Positions 1 to 12,669 of a DNA stretch of 64,000 nucleotides are shown piece by piece. Both the position numbers and the translations under genes were made by a program. Source of the DNA: the human T2T-CHM13v2.0 reference genome, Homo sapiens; assembly GCF_009914755.1 (NCBI RefSeq), contig NC_060940.1; one strand, 5' to 3'. Numbering within the stretch: the first letter of the stretch is position 1; the number at the start of each line of letters is the position of its first letter. Under the pieces are notes generated by a model. That model had not been told where the DNA came from and did no database searches. It was given only the letters and a program-made list of their open reading frames with translations.

Positions 1-1083
1 GCAAAACAGATGTTCTTGTGGCAAAGGAATTCCCCTCCTTCTCCCTTGGCCACCCCCAACTGACATAATAAATTATAAAAAAAATTAAGCTTTCAGAACT
101 CTAGTGCTAATTGAGAAAGAAAACTGGGACATCAGCTCAGGGAATTGTGGACACCAGTGCATGTTGTGTCCATATGTACTCTCCACTGAGAATGTGGGGC
201 CCTGCGATGTAGGAATTTGTCTTGTAATACTGTCAGAGTTATGAGACCTGGATGGTTTGACGCTGTTCCACAGGGAGAAGTGCTGAAGGTGGTTCCACAG
301 TACAAAGACAAAACAACTCCTGGGGTCCCTCTCTGAATTCACGTGGAAAGAAAAAGGAAGGCTGTGAATCTGAGCTGGCTGTGTGCAGGAGCTCCAGCCA
401 GGGCAGACAACAAGAGCTGGAGGGACCCATGCATTAGGAGATGGACAAGCCTGAGGGCACCAGTGGGCAAGGGCAGGAGAGGCACCCACTCTATCTCCCT
501 GGTACTCTGTGGCCTCATTGGTGGGAGGACCTTGGGGAAGGGATGGTAGAATGGTGATGTGTGGAGAGCCTAGTTCTGAGCTGTGGCCATTCTTCCTACT
601 CTTAATTCCCCATGTGCTATGGAAGGCCTGTTTCTTCTTTGAATCCTTTCCTTAGAGTTTCGACCACATGGCCCTTGCTATTCCCTGTCTTCTTTGGTGT
701 GGGTTTGTTCATTCTGTGAAGGCCATTGGAAGACCAGCCATAGTTTGGCACTTTCTCAGTTTCTAGGAATAGATTCTTTACTAAGATAGACAAGCTCCCT
801 GCCTCAAGGACCTTACAGTTTTAGAGAAGGAAGATGGTACAGGAATAATTGAAGGCAAAGGTCATTTCATATAGTCATGCGTTCTAAAGGAGGAAACTGG
901 GATTAAATAATGGAGAGGGATTGGAGGACATGAGGGGTAAAAAAGCAGATCAGGAAAGATCTGAGGAAGAGGGAACAGCAGATCCAAAGGCTGTGGCACA
1001 GACATGAGCAGAAAGAAGGCCAGTGGAGCTCTAGACCACAGGGAGGGAAAAATAGCACACAATGAGGTTAAAGAGGCAGTTAG

Positions 1084-1411
<328 letters not shown>

Positions 1412-1511
1412 TCAAGGAAGGCCTGTTGGCTATGGAAGGACATTTGGGTTTCATTTTGAATGCCGTGGGAGATTGACAACTTGACCTGACTTATACATTA
1501 AAAGATACCTC

Positions 1512-1757
1512 TGCATCCTGGAAAAGGCAAAACCACAGGGATGGAAATTACATCAGTGGTTTCCAGGGAATTGGGTGTGGATGGAGCTTGCAAAGGGGCA
1601 CAAGGGAACTTTTGTGGGTGATGTAAATATTTTCTCTCGTAATTGCGGTGATGGTTACACTACTGTGTATGTTTATCGAAAGTCATCAAACTGTATACCT
1701 AAAAAGGGTGAATTTTACTCTAAGTAAATTATACTTCAATAAACCTGACTTACAAAA
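1512..1757 (+). mobile_element. Old L1 (L1MC/ME-type) 3' UTR fragment
   Basis: ggtgatggttacactactgtgtatg...aaaagggtgaattttact...aaattatacttcaataaacctgac matches an old L1 3' end. Confidence 0.8.
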
Positions 1758-2109
1758 TGCATATTTTTTAATCAAAAAAAGAATTGCAGTAAGGCTTAAC
1801 AGAATCCCTCTGGCCGTCCTGTGGAAGGTACATGGCAGGGAGCAAGTCTGGAAACAGGGACGGTTGCACAGTCCAAGCCATACGCCCCTTCAATGCTGTG
1901 CTTACAATTCAGCCTGTATTATTTGCTGATCCCAGTGGCTTCCTTACACCAGCTTATTGATGTGTGTTCCTAGTTTTCCTGTTTACCTAGCTTTTCCTTC
2001 AAAACTGGTTTGAAACCTCAGTGTGGATAGAAACCATCTGCTTCTTTTGTATGTGCCCATGGGAGATGGCTTATTACATATTACTCTCCTTACATTTAAG
2101 TAGTCTTTA

Positions 2110-2570
2110 ACATTTGCAAGCAATTCATGATCTCCTTTGAGCCTTACAACATCAGGCTGCACATATGTTACCATGTTCCCATTTTACAGATGAAGAAACT
2201 GAGGCGAAAATAATTCAGTATAGCAGTGTGAAAGAAGCATGAACTTTGGAGATTTTGGCTTTGCCATTTGTTGGCTATCAGTGTGATTTGGGAAAATTAT
2301 TCAGTCTCTCTGAACCTCAGTTTACTGATTGTTAAGAAAAGACCAAAAAAATAAATAAATAAACACACTGCAGATACACTGTGAGGAGTAAGTGAGATAA
2401 CACAGCTAAAAGCAGGTAGCAGATAATTGAAATTCCCTAAATGGTAGCTATTTGTATCATTTTTGCTATCAGAGAAAACATGATTTATTTAAGGTGATGT
2501 GGCCAGTACGTGGTAGAACTAGAGCCTAGTTTTTCTGATTCTAGGTGTGTTTCTCTTTCCATCACACCAC
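2110..2570. mobile_element. Cluster of MIR fragments in both orientations
   Basis: MIR core cccattttacagatgaagaaactgaggc near 2180-2205 and the opposite-orientation core ctctctgaacctcagttt near 2306-2323. Confidence 0.85.
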
Positions 2571-2654
2571 TCAGAACATTCTTAATTGTTATCAATTAAT
2601 TGTTCCAGGGCTAACTACTTTTTACCAACTTGGATGCTTAAATACAATTGTTGA

Positions 2655-2845
2655 TTATTCAGCAAATATTTATTGAGCACTCACCATATGTTCAACACTG
2701 TTGTTGACACAGGATATAATAGTAAGTCAAAATAGGCTCCACCTCTGCCCCTACAGGTAATAAAGCAGAATGGTGAGGGAGCACCTACCTCGGTGTGGGG
2801 TCTGGGAAGACTTCCTAGGGGAGGTAACATTGACACTGTCTTTAA
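2655..2845 (-). mobile_element. L2 3' end fragment
   Basis: attcagcaaatatttattgagcactcaccatatg is the reverse complement of the L2 3' tail. Confidence 0.75.
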
Positions 2846-3460
2846 AAGAAACATTTTTGTTGTGATGTAGATCAATATACATGCAAAATGTACATTAATC
2901 TTATATGTTTTACAGATTTTTAGAAAGCAAGCACTCAGGTAACCATCACTAGGTAAAAAAGTAGGACATTGCTAGTGCCCAAGAATGTCCCTAAATATCC
3001 CTTTTTGATCACAGCTCCCTGCCTCACTCCTTACTACCTTAACTTTCGTGGTAAGTTTCATGGGTCCTTGCCTTTCTTTAGAGTTTACCACCTACATATG
3101 CATCCTCTAATCATTTAGTCTAGTTTCTCCTGGTTTTGATATAATTGGAATCATGCTATTTGTATCTTTTCTTCAGTATTACATTCATAATATCCCAGTT
3201 GTATGTAGCTGGAGTTGATTTTCATTGCTATATAGTATTCTATGGTATTCATTTTATGAATATTTTTAATTTTCCTATGTAGCATTCATAAATATTAGTG
3301 AATATTCATGAATATGCTATATATTATTCTTCACCTCATTGCTATATAGTATTCTTTGTTACACACCAGCTGTGACTATACTGTAATTTATTTATCCATT
3401 CTACTGTTGATGTGGCATTTTATCATTTTGAGTTTGGAGCAGTTATAAAAGATGCTGCTA

Positions 3461-3464
<4 letters not shown>

Positions 3465-3502
<38 letters not shown>

Positions 3503-3522
3503 CGCACGTGTGTGTGTGTGTA
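3465..3522. repeat. Compound microsatellite (TG)15(CG)5 CA CG (TG)6
   Basis: Read directly from the sequence. Confidence 0.98.
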
Positions 3523-4781
3523 TTCTGGGGCACATGCATTTGTGAAGGGTTCTTTGAAGAGGAATTGCTGGGAATCTTCAACTGCATTAGATAATATACA
3601 GTGTTTTCCGAAGTGGTAATTCCATCTTTATATTCACGGTAGCAGAAAGAATTTCTGTTATTATAAATTCTTGCTGCCAATATTTGGTACTGTCCAATTT
3701 TTTCAATTTTACCAAACCAATAGGCAAGTAGTAGATCTCATTGTGGTTTTACTTTACATAGTCTAGATTGCTAAAGAGGTTGAACAGCTTTTCCTATATT
3801 TATTGGACATTTGGATTTCCTCTTTTGTGAGGTACCTGTTCTTTTGCCACTTTTTAAATTAGGTTGTAATTTTCTCATTAATTTGTAGGTGTTCTTTATG
3901 TGTTGTAAATACTAGTCTTTTTTGTTTTTTTGTTTTTTGTTTTCATTGCAAATATTACCTCCCATTCCCTGGCTTGTCTTTTCACTTTGTTAATGGTGTT
4001 TTATGCTAAACAGATATTTCTCTTTTTTAATGTAGTCATTCTTTCAGTCTCCCTCTTTTTGGTTAGTGTTTTTTTTGTGTGTGTCCTATTTAAGAAGAAG
4101 TCTTTCCTTATCTTGAAGCTCAAAGGCTACCCTCTATTTCCCGCCTCTTTAAAAAGCTTTGGAGATTTATTTTATTTTCTATTTAACTGTTTAATTTACT
4201 TGTAGTTGATTCTTGTGTATGATGTAAGTTGTTTTTTCTCTAATGGATACTCATTGGTTCCAGCTTTCTGTCACTGTTTCTGTGGGGCCACCACTGTCAT
4301 AGGTTAAACATGTATGTGATAAGCATGCAGGGACCTGTTTCTTAGCTCATATAGCATCCCATTGGACTCTATTCTTATGACAGTGCCACACTGTCTTGAT
4401 TATGATAGCTTTGTAACATGTCTTGATATTTGGTTTAGCAAATCCCACTCCCCTTGGTCTTCATGAGTGTCTTGGCTGTTCTCAGCTCTTTGTGCTTGCA
4501 TGTAAATGTTAGAATCAGTTTTTGTGATGCATGCACACACACACATCCCTATTAGGATATTAGGATCTGTTGATTAGTATTTATTCGAATCCACTACTCT
4601 GAGTAGAATTGACATCTCTAAATCTTGAGTCTTCCTGATCCATGAGCATGATATGTTTCACCATTATTTATCATAATTTCTTTTAAGAAATATTTATAAT
4701 TTTTCCCATGAAGAGCTCATGTACTTTTTGTTAGATTTATAACTAGATACTTAATGTTTACAATGGTCTTGTAATTGCTTC

Positions 4782-5927
4782 TTTTTTTTAAGAGCAGTTT
4801 TAGATTCACAGCAGAATTGAGAAAGGGGTACAGAAAATTCCCATACGTCCCTCCCCACACACATGCCCAGCCTCCCCCTTATCAGCAGTTCTCACCAGAG
4901 GGCACAGTTATTCCAGTTGATGAACCTATACTGGCGCATTATAATCACCCAAAGTTCATGGTTTACCTTAGGCTTTACTCTTGGTGGTGTACATTCTATG
5001 GGTTTGGACAAATATGTAATGACATGTATCCATCATTTTGGTATCATACAGAGTATTTTCACTGCCTTAAAAATCCTCTGTGCTCCACCTGTTCTTTGTT
5101 CTTCCCCCAACTCCTGGCTACCAGGAATGTTTTTACTGTCGCTATAGCTTTGCCTTTTCCAGAAATGTCACATAGTTGGAATCATACAGTTGGACTCAAA
5201 AGACTTCTAATATGTAGCCTTTTCAGATTGGCTTTTTCTCTTAGTAATATATATGTAAGGCCCCTCCATGTGTTTTCATGGCTTGACAACTTATTTTCTT
5301 TTAGCACTGAATAATATTCCACTGTCTGGATATACCACAGTTGTTTATCCATGCACCTACTGGAGAACATCTTGGTTGCTTCCAAGTTTTGGGAATTATG
5401 AATAAACCTGCTGTAAACATTCACGTGCAGGTTTTTGTGTGGACATAAGTTTTTAAATCCTTTGGGTAAATACCAAGGAGCACAATTGCTGGATTGTGTG
5501 GTAAGAACAGGTTTAGTTTTGTAGGAAACTGCCAAATTGTCTTCCAAAATATATAGATATATCATCTTGCATTTCTACCAGCAACAAATGCGAGTTCCTG
5601 TTGTCTGCAACGTCACCAGCATTTGGTGTTGTCCGTTTTTGGATTTTGTCCATTCTAATATGTATGTTGTGGTATCTCGTTGTTAGAGAAATTTGGATTT
5701 CTCTAATGATAAATGATGCGGAGCATCTTTTCATATGCTTATTTGCCATCTGTATATCTCCTTTGGTGAGGTGTCTGTTAAGGGCTTTGGCCCACTTTTT
5801 AATTGGGTCATTTGTGTTCTTATTGTTGAATTTTAAGAGTTCTTTCTATATTTTGGATAACAGCCTTTTATCTGGTCTTTTGCAAATATTTTCTCCTAAC
5901 CTGTGGTTTGTCTTCTCAGTCTCTGGT
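4782..5927 (-). mobile_element. 5'-truncated L1MC1-like element nested in the older L1
   Basis: Characteristic 3' end (agagcagttttagattcacagcagaattg...ggtttggacaaat). ORF2 C-terminal peptide [20 protein letters not shown]. 10-bp TSD taattgcttc at 4772-4781 and 5928-5937. Confidence 0.9.
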
Positions 5928-6062
5928 TAATTGCTTCATTTTTTGAATTGCATTTTGTATCTGTTTCTGGTATATAGAAATACAGTTGACTTTTGTGTAT
6001 TGATTTTTAAATTGATCCACCTTAATTGTTGTATAATTCTAATAGTTAATTTGTAGATTCTA

Positions 6063-6350
6063 AGGCCCAGAGAGGGGAGTGATCTGACTAGGTTCCTATG
6101 GCTAGCTAGTAGCAGAGCAAGCATGAATGTGGTCCTATTTCTGCTGACTTCCAAGGAGAGAATATTCAGGAAGGGTTAGGGAAAGCCAGGTGGGGAGTAG
6201 GAAATAACATTTATTGAACACCTGTTATTTACAATGCTTAATATGCAGATCAGCTTAACTCTCATTGGAGGCAGATTATTGATAACCCCTTTTTATAGAT
6301 GAGGAAAGTAAGATTCAGAGAGATGATGAAATAAACGTGTTCAGGCACAT
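6063..6350 (-). mobile_element. MIR fragments
   Basis: aggcccagagaggggagtgatctgact and ttttatagatgaggaaagtaagattcagagag. Confidence 0.75.
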
Positions 6351-8309
6351 CACTGAAAGAACAGTCTACGGTTGGAGGAGTGCTGTTGCTCTATCAAGCA
6401 TACACCAGACTACATGCCTTCTGCATTTGAGCATAGACACCCCCAGAACTCCCTGGGCCTCCTACCTCCAGCTATGCCGTCCTCCAGGGTCCCCTCCCAG
6501 CCCAGCTCTGGGGCTGCCTCTATTAAGGCTCTGCTAGCATCTCTAGACTTGTGCAGGCCTGGTTACTGTCAACTCTTGGGTTGAGTTTCTGCCCAAAGTT
6601 CTGAGGTCAGTCTCCACCCCTGCCCTTCTACATAGTTCCCTCCCAACCAAGGAAATGAGTTCACAACTTGTTGAGTTCTAGGAACCAAATTAGGAGTTGC
6701 TCTGGGCATCTTGTTTCAGTCGCGACTTGAAAATGCGGTTGAGGTTTTATGACTGCTTTGTTATACAGTGGCCTAGAGAGAATTTATGGTCGCAGTGCTT
6801 CCCAGCACCCCCTCCCGCTTCTCGTTGATTGTCCAGAGCTGGCTGCATACAAGGAGAGGGTTTGCTTCTGCTGGCTGTGCAAAGGCATGGGGAAATGCTC
6901 TGTGTGTGAACACAGCCCAGCAGTGCTCTATTCAGCGTGACAACTTCCTACTTTGGAACACATGGCTCTTCACAGGGTGACTGTAAATTATGCAACTCCA
7001 GAGTCAAAGAATGAGGAATAATGGGGGAAAGGAAGGGACAAACTGCAAACTTCAGCCTGGATCTGAAATGTGAGTGTGGAGACCCAGGCTGCTTGGCAAT
7101 TGATGGGAGGAGAGTCTTCAACGACTGAGAAAAACCAGGAAGTCCTGTTGGGACTACTTGTGAGAGTGGCTTTTACTGTTTAAAAAATGTAAATGTTCTT
7201 TTCAAACTCTGTTTATCAATTCAGGGAGAGTTTTAGAAACTTGGAGGGACATTTACAAAAGAAAGTAGTCACATGCGTTACCAAAAGTAATTGAATGCCA
7301 TACATGGTATGTAACCTTTGTCCCGATGGCTCCAACTCGTCCTTTTTTATTATTGCTTCATGCTAAAAATTGGTGCTCCTAAGGGCAATTGTACAGATTC
7401 TCACCTTCTCCTCCACCCGCAATGGTCCTGGAATGCAGTGAACTCTGCTTCGATAAGCTTTGTGGAATGTTCCTGTCTCTTGGCTGACTGTCATCTCTCA
7501 TGACTTGCTGCTTTCAGTGGTCCCACCTCAAGCATTATTCCCCTTCTCTTGTTCTGCTCTGAATCTGCGATGGCCCAGAAAACTAAACGACCAGATTTGT
7601 CACAATAGTGTGTAGAGCAAGAATGAATAGGATATAATTGAGGACCTGAGGAACTCTTCTAGAAGTAGAGTGTTTGTGCTTTAGTGCTTGGACTTGTCTG
7701 CATTTCTGCCTATCTATGACACAGGATTAAGTATGTAAAAATGAATTGGCAGTTACTATACAGATGTAAGTGATGGTGACAAGGTCGCTGTTGTGCTATG
7801 TGGGTGCTCAGAGTTCTTCATTGTGCTTGTCCTTCCTGGCTCCTGGTAGGGTTTCGATTCACAGAAATTACTGGACAGGTAGCTTCCAGATAAGAGTGAT
7901 GAACTATCATTTCTGACAAAAGATGTTGGACAGGCTGTGGCAGCAAGGAGGTGATCAGAAGACTCCCTAGAGCACAGGGGATCTGGCAGGCTTTTTCTAT
8001 AAAATGACATGGATACACACAGGGTCAGGCTGCCTGTGGGCAGAGACGTCCCCAGGAGCCCTGCCCGGTGGCCAGCACCACGGACATCTGCTCACCTGTG
8101 GCAGAACTCGGAGTCTCACAGCTAAGCCAGGCCAGACCCAGTTGCTACTTTTTGGTCAAGACCCGCTCTAGGAATTCTTCCAGGGAAGAGGGAATGTGAA
8201 TTTGTCTGTTTTCAGATATGTGTAGCCTTTACACAAAAGTGTTTGAAATTATTTGGTTAAAATGCTTTCCATCGAGGTTATTCTTTCTTTCTTCTTTTTT
8301 TTTTCCCAC

Positions 8310-8900
8310 TCTGCAGATATCCATTGAGCTTCTACTCTGTACCGAGCACCATCTTAAGTGTTGTAACTGAGCAAGACACACAAAATCTCTGCCCTCCTGG
8401 AGTGTTCTGACATTCTTGTTAGGGGAGACAGGCAATAAATAAGGAAAATACATAGTAGTATTATACATCAGCTGGTGACAAGTGCTATGGAGAAGAATAA
8501 AGCAGGCAAGGGGCATGAGCGGGAGGGAATGTTAGTTTTGGTTTTGGGGGTGTTTTTCTGAGATGGGATGGCGGAGGATGAGTCTTGCCATGTTGTCAAG
8601 GCTGGTTTTGAACTCCTGAGCTTAAGTGATCCTCCCAAGTGGCTGAGATTACAGGTGCACACCACCATGCATGCCTTGATATTACAGTTTTTTAAGTCGT
8701 CAGGGAGGGCCATACTAGAAGATGAAATTGGAGAAAAGCCTTGATGGAGGTGAAGGAGCCAGCCATGTGCACTTGGGGGAAGAGTGCTCCAGGCAGCCAG
8801 AAATAGACAGTACAGAGGCTCCAAGTCCCGAGTCTGCCCGTGTGCAAACCACAAGGAGGTTTATATGTCTGGAGTCACAAAAAAAAACTGGAACAATGGG
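8310..8900 (-). mobile_element. L2a-like fragment interrupted by an Alu monomer
   Basis: tctctgccctcctggagtgttctgacattct; ggtgacaagtgctatggagaagaataaagcagg; gaaggagccagccatgtg. Confidence 0.85.
8533..8675 (-). mobile_element. Diverged Alu left monomer (FLAM-like)
   Basis: gtcttgccatgttgtcaaggctggttttgaactcctgagcttaagtgatcctccc...gattacaggtg. Confidence 0.85.
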
Positions 8901-9461
8901 TGCCCTCATGGAGTCAGTAGTTTCTCTGGGTGTGGTCTCACTAAAGACAGGGGCGGGAAAGAAATCCCCATCACAGACTCGTGTAGACCTGTGACTTGTG
9001 GGCATTCAGACTGTGTTATTCCGCTGCCAGGCCTAGGGCTTGGGGGTGGTGTCCTGTGGATGTGTGTGTGTATCCTGACAAAGGAGGGACATGGAAGGGA
9101 AGGATCCCTTCCATGAATGAAGGGGGTTGACTCTGGCATAATCTAGGAAGAATTCTAGGAAGACTCAGTTATTTCTGGTTGGTTTACAGGAGACAAACAC
9201 TGAACATGTTGGGCTGCCTTGCCTTGCTGGTCTCCTAGTGGAGGAGGCTCTCATTGCTGGGGCTTCCCGTTGGCCCTAGCTCTGCATCTGCTCTCCCATA
9301 TCAGCATTACCAGACCATGAGCACTGAGGCTGTCACAGGACAAGGAGCCTGGCCCCAGACCTCATTCAGGGCTGCTGACCCAGCTTTGGGCTCCACCGTA
9401 GACGTGCTCAGTAAGCAAGCCTGGGGTCTAGGGGCAGACACCTGGGAGCAGAGTCACAGGG

Positions 9462-9655
9462 GCAGGTTTCCCCAAGTGTAGCCTGAAAGTTTAGTGGTAT
9501 ACAAATACACACTTTATTTTAATGTGTTTTAGGACAAAAGGTTCCTAACACATCAAAACCATAGTTTTACAGATAATTATTGCTTAGGATGAAGTTAAAG
9601 TAAACAGGACGTTTTTAAAAAGACACTAAAAATCATGTGGGTGGCACAAAAATCC
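9462..9655. mobile_element. hAT-Charlie fossil (Charlie4z-like)
   Basis: tttattttaatgtgt...acacatcaaaaccatagttttacagataattattgcttaggatgaagttaaagt resembles the recalled consensus. Confidence 0.55.
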
Positions 9656-11194
9656 TATCTAAGTAGTGCTAACCTCAAGTCTGCCCTCAGCATGGGAGTA
9701 CCAATTTCTGTCTAGGGGTTCCCATCTCTTAGGGATGAGAATGCCTTGGAAGAAGTCCTCCTCTGCCATCCTGGGAACACAGTAGCTGTCCCTCTGTCCC
9801 AACCCCAAGCCTGTGAGCTGTCCACAATTCTCACTTCTTCCCAACACTTGCGTACCGGGTGTTTCTGTCCCATGGCCTGTGCCTGGCCTGGGCCCCCTCA
9901 CTGCCATCACCTCCCAGCCTTCCTCTGGGTCCGGTGCATAAAGTCTCCTCAGCTGCCTTCTAGAAATGCTGTTTCTGCCCTTCACTGCCATGCTAAGTCA
10001 CCCTCTGCATTGGGTCTGGGCATTGGCTTGGCTTGGAGGACATACCATGGTGTAGTGCACCACACTGATCCTGAGTTGGCTCCCCCTACTACAGAACGCC
10101 TTCTCCCTGGCACCCACCACCTCCTGCCTCCATACCCATAGCTGGTGGCTGCCAAAGCATGCTTCCTCCTCTTTCTCTGTAGATCTGGCCTCCAAGGGCC
10201 GCTCAAGTCTCATCTGGTCCATGGGGTGTTCCTCTGGAAGCTGAACCACACTGGTCTCTCCAGTTCTGTAATTCTTTTACACAGGATGTCTGTACCCCAC
10301 CATTAAGAGTTTTTATATGCCCTCAAGGTCCCATAGAGATGACTTCTTTGTCTATCTGAGTTTCGTAGACACACGAGCAAACACACACATGCACTACTAC
10401 CAGAACAGAATAGTCTTGCTCACCATGAGCCTGACACAGAGCTCTGTGCGGGAGCCAATTGAAGAGAAGCGGTTTCAGCACAATGAAGGGTACCAGCCTG
10501 GCTTGAATCCTGGCAGTGCTACCTTCTAGTTTTGTGGCCTTGGGCAACTAGGTTTGAGGATGATATGAAACAGTGTAGAAATTACTGAGCCCAGTACTAG
10601 GAACATAATAAGATAATTGTGGTTGTTATTGTTCACTAATTGGCAAACATTTGCTATATGTACGTTTGGTTCCTTGTCTAGGCTGTAAACCTCCTGTGGA
10701 TTCTTGGGGCACAGTGAATATTCAGGGTACATTTACATAATAAGTAGAGTGGTCCATTTACATTGCTGTGGGTTCTCTCATAAATTGGCTGTTAGGTGTA
10801 GAAGTTTTTGCAAGCTTATATGAAACTTCAGTATACATACATGATATGTATCATTTGTGTGTTTGGTTCACAGTGGGTTAAGAATTGTTGAGCTTATCAA
10901 ACCACAGTTCTGTATTGAGTACTTACTGTATACAGGTGAGAGGGAAGTGTATACCCCCACTCTCTTCCTGATGAGAAGACTGCTGTCTCTGACTGTCCCA
11001 TCTCCTTTCTCCACAGCTTGGATGTGTACCTCTGCTCCCTATCTCTACAGATCTTGGAGTTTTTAGCTCTCCAGCAGGTGCTAGGACCAGGTTTCAGCAA
11101 TAGAGGAGTGGGTGGCAGGGTTGTAGTGCTAAGTGCACCATTCTTTACACTTATTTCTACTGCTAGGAGCAAAAAAATCCAAAGGAAACATCAT

Positions 11195-11305
11195 CTTGGT
11201 TTAGGCAGTGGTTACACAGGTGACACAGCTATAAAAATCCACTAAAATGTACATTTAAGATGTGTATGTTTTACTATAGGTAAATAATATCTCCATTTTT
11301 TAAAA
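11195..11305 (+). mobile_element. Short old L1 3' end fragment
   Basis: ggtttaggcagtggttacacaggtg...tgtacatttaagatgtgtatgttttactataggtaaa. Confidence 0.65.
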
Positions 11306-11804
11306 GGTGATCATAATGCTTTTTGTTAAGCAAAGGAAGTCCCAGGGAATTAAGCATTGCCCCTCTGAGTTCACCAGCCTCAATTCCACTGGGAGGGCCA
11401 CTCAGCCGGGGGAGGTATTTGAACCCTTAAAAGTCAAGGATACACCCCAGGCAGCCTAGTTTTCCCTACTCAACTCTTAGGCATTGGCCATCCATGAACC
11501 TTCTTCATTCTTCACATTTGCACCAGGGAAGAGATGCCCCAGCACCTGCTTCAGGCCACAGCTCTTTCTTTGGCACAAACCTGCCTGCCATTGTGAATCA
11601 TTAAGTGTTCAAGTCTTGTCTCTGCCACCTTGGGGTTTTTTACCCACTATAAAATGGCGATAAGACCTGATGTGGCTGTTAGGAGTATCAAATGATATAA
11701 TGGATGTGAAAGTCTCACAGGACTGTAAAATATAAGCTGTCAACAAAGTGCACCTCCAAGCCCAGCTTATTTCCACAGTATTCAAGAGCCACAAGGTTTG
11801 GAAG

Positions 11805-12050
11805 AGTAGTAAAGTCTAGTGGTTCAGCAGGTAGGCTCTGGAGGCAGACAGCCTGAGTTCATTGGTCCTGGCCCTGCCACTTAACAGCTGTGGGACCTCA
11901 GCCAAGTGCTTATCCCCTTGGTGCCTCAGTTTCTTACATTGTCAAATGGGAATAATGATAGCACTTACCCACAGGATTGTAGTAAGGATTAGATGAGTTA
12001 ATCCAGATAAAGCACTTGGCTTAGGGCTCAGCTATGCAGCTAATATTGCT
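11805..12050 (+). mobile_element. Near full-length MIR
   Basis: ggctctggaggcagacagcctgagttc...gtgcctcagtttct...aaatgggaataatgatagcacttacccacaggattg. Confidence 0.9.
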
Positions 12051-12669
12051 GGGAGCAAGGGTCTCTGCTGAGCCTTGAGAGAGGACATCTTTATTGGGCA
12101 GAAACAGACAAAAACTGAACAGATCTCATTTGGATATAATGCTTCATGTCCTGGCTATATTTTCCATAATTTGGAGCTCAAGATTGATTGGTAAGTTTTT
12201 TCATGCTGAAACCATTCATCTTTCGAGTTTTCCTAATAAATAAAGGTCCCTGTGACATGTTCTTGCCTTCAGAGTTTTGCTGCACCATCTATCGTGAGCC
12301 CTCTGATTTACAATTCAGCAAAAAAGTGACAGACTGGGTATTCTTGTTCAATCCAAGGTGATTGCTGCATAGTCATTTTTAATAAGACATCAGATTTAGC
12401 TAAACGCTTGCAGTGAGGTATTGTGCATATTAAATTCAGGATGCTGGTTATACGGGCTGAGGCTCTGCATCTTTCTATTGTGAGTTGTGAGTTTAAAAAT
12501 CACATAAAACTGACATAGTGGATTCTTTGCTGCCTAAGGGGGCAAGAGACCCTTGTTATTAGAGTCAAGTGTTGACTCTTTCTCCATCTAGTGAATAAAG
12601 TAAGTGAAGTGAAGTATTGAATGAGTGTTTGTGAGGCCCTGGGTAAGGGGGTTACATTTGTTGAAGGGC

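Larger units (their letters stand above)
2853..6062 (-). mobile_element. Old L1 (3' UTR plus ORF2 remnant), split by a nested younger L1
   Basis: T-rich antisense L1 motifs (tctcattgtggtttt; gagtagaattgacatct; gtatatagaaatacagttgacttttgtgtattgattt). The ORF 5936..6154(-) contains the L1 ORF2-like peptide KINTQKSTVFLYT. Confidence 0.85.

Noticed and set aside
26-35. NF-kB-like ggaattcccc (also ggaatttccc at 50164-50173)
   Set aside because: Isolated 10-mers without supporting context; the second sits in an old L1.
4775-5314. Longest ORF (179 aa, + strand)
   Set aside because: It lies antisense within the 3' UTR of the L1MC1-like element; a chance open frame.
7896-7916. GTGATGA...CTGA resembling snoRNA C and D boxes
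   Set aside because: The boxes are only about 10 nt apart and there is no terminal stem.
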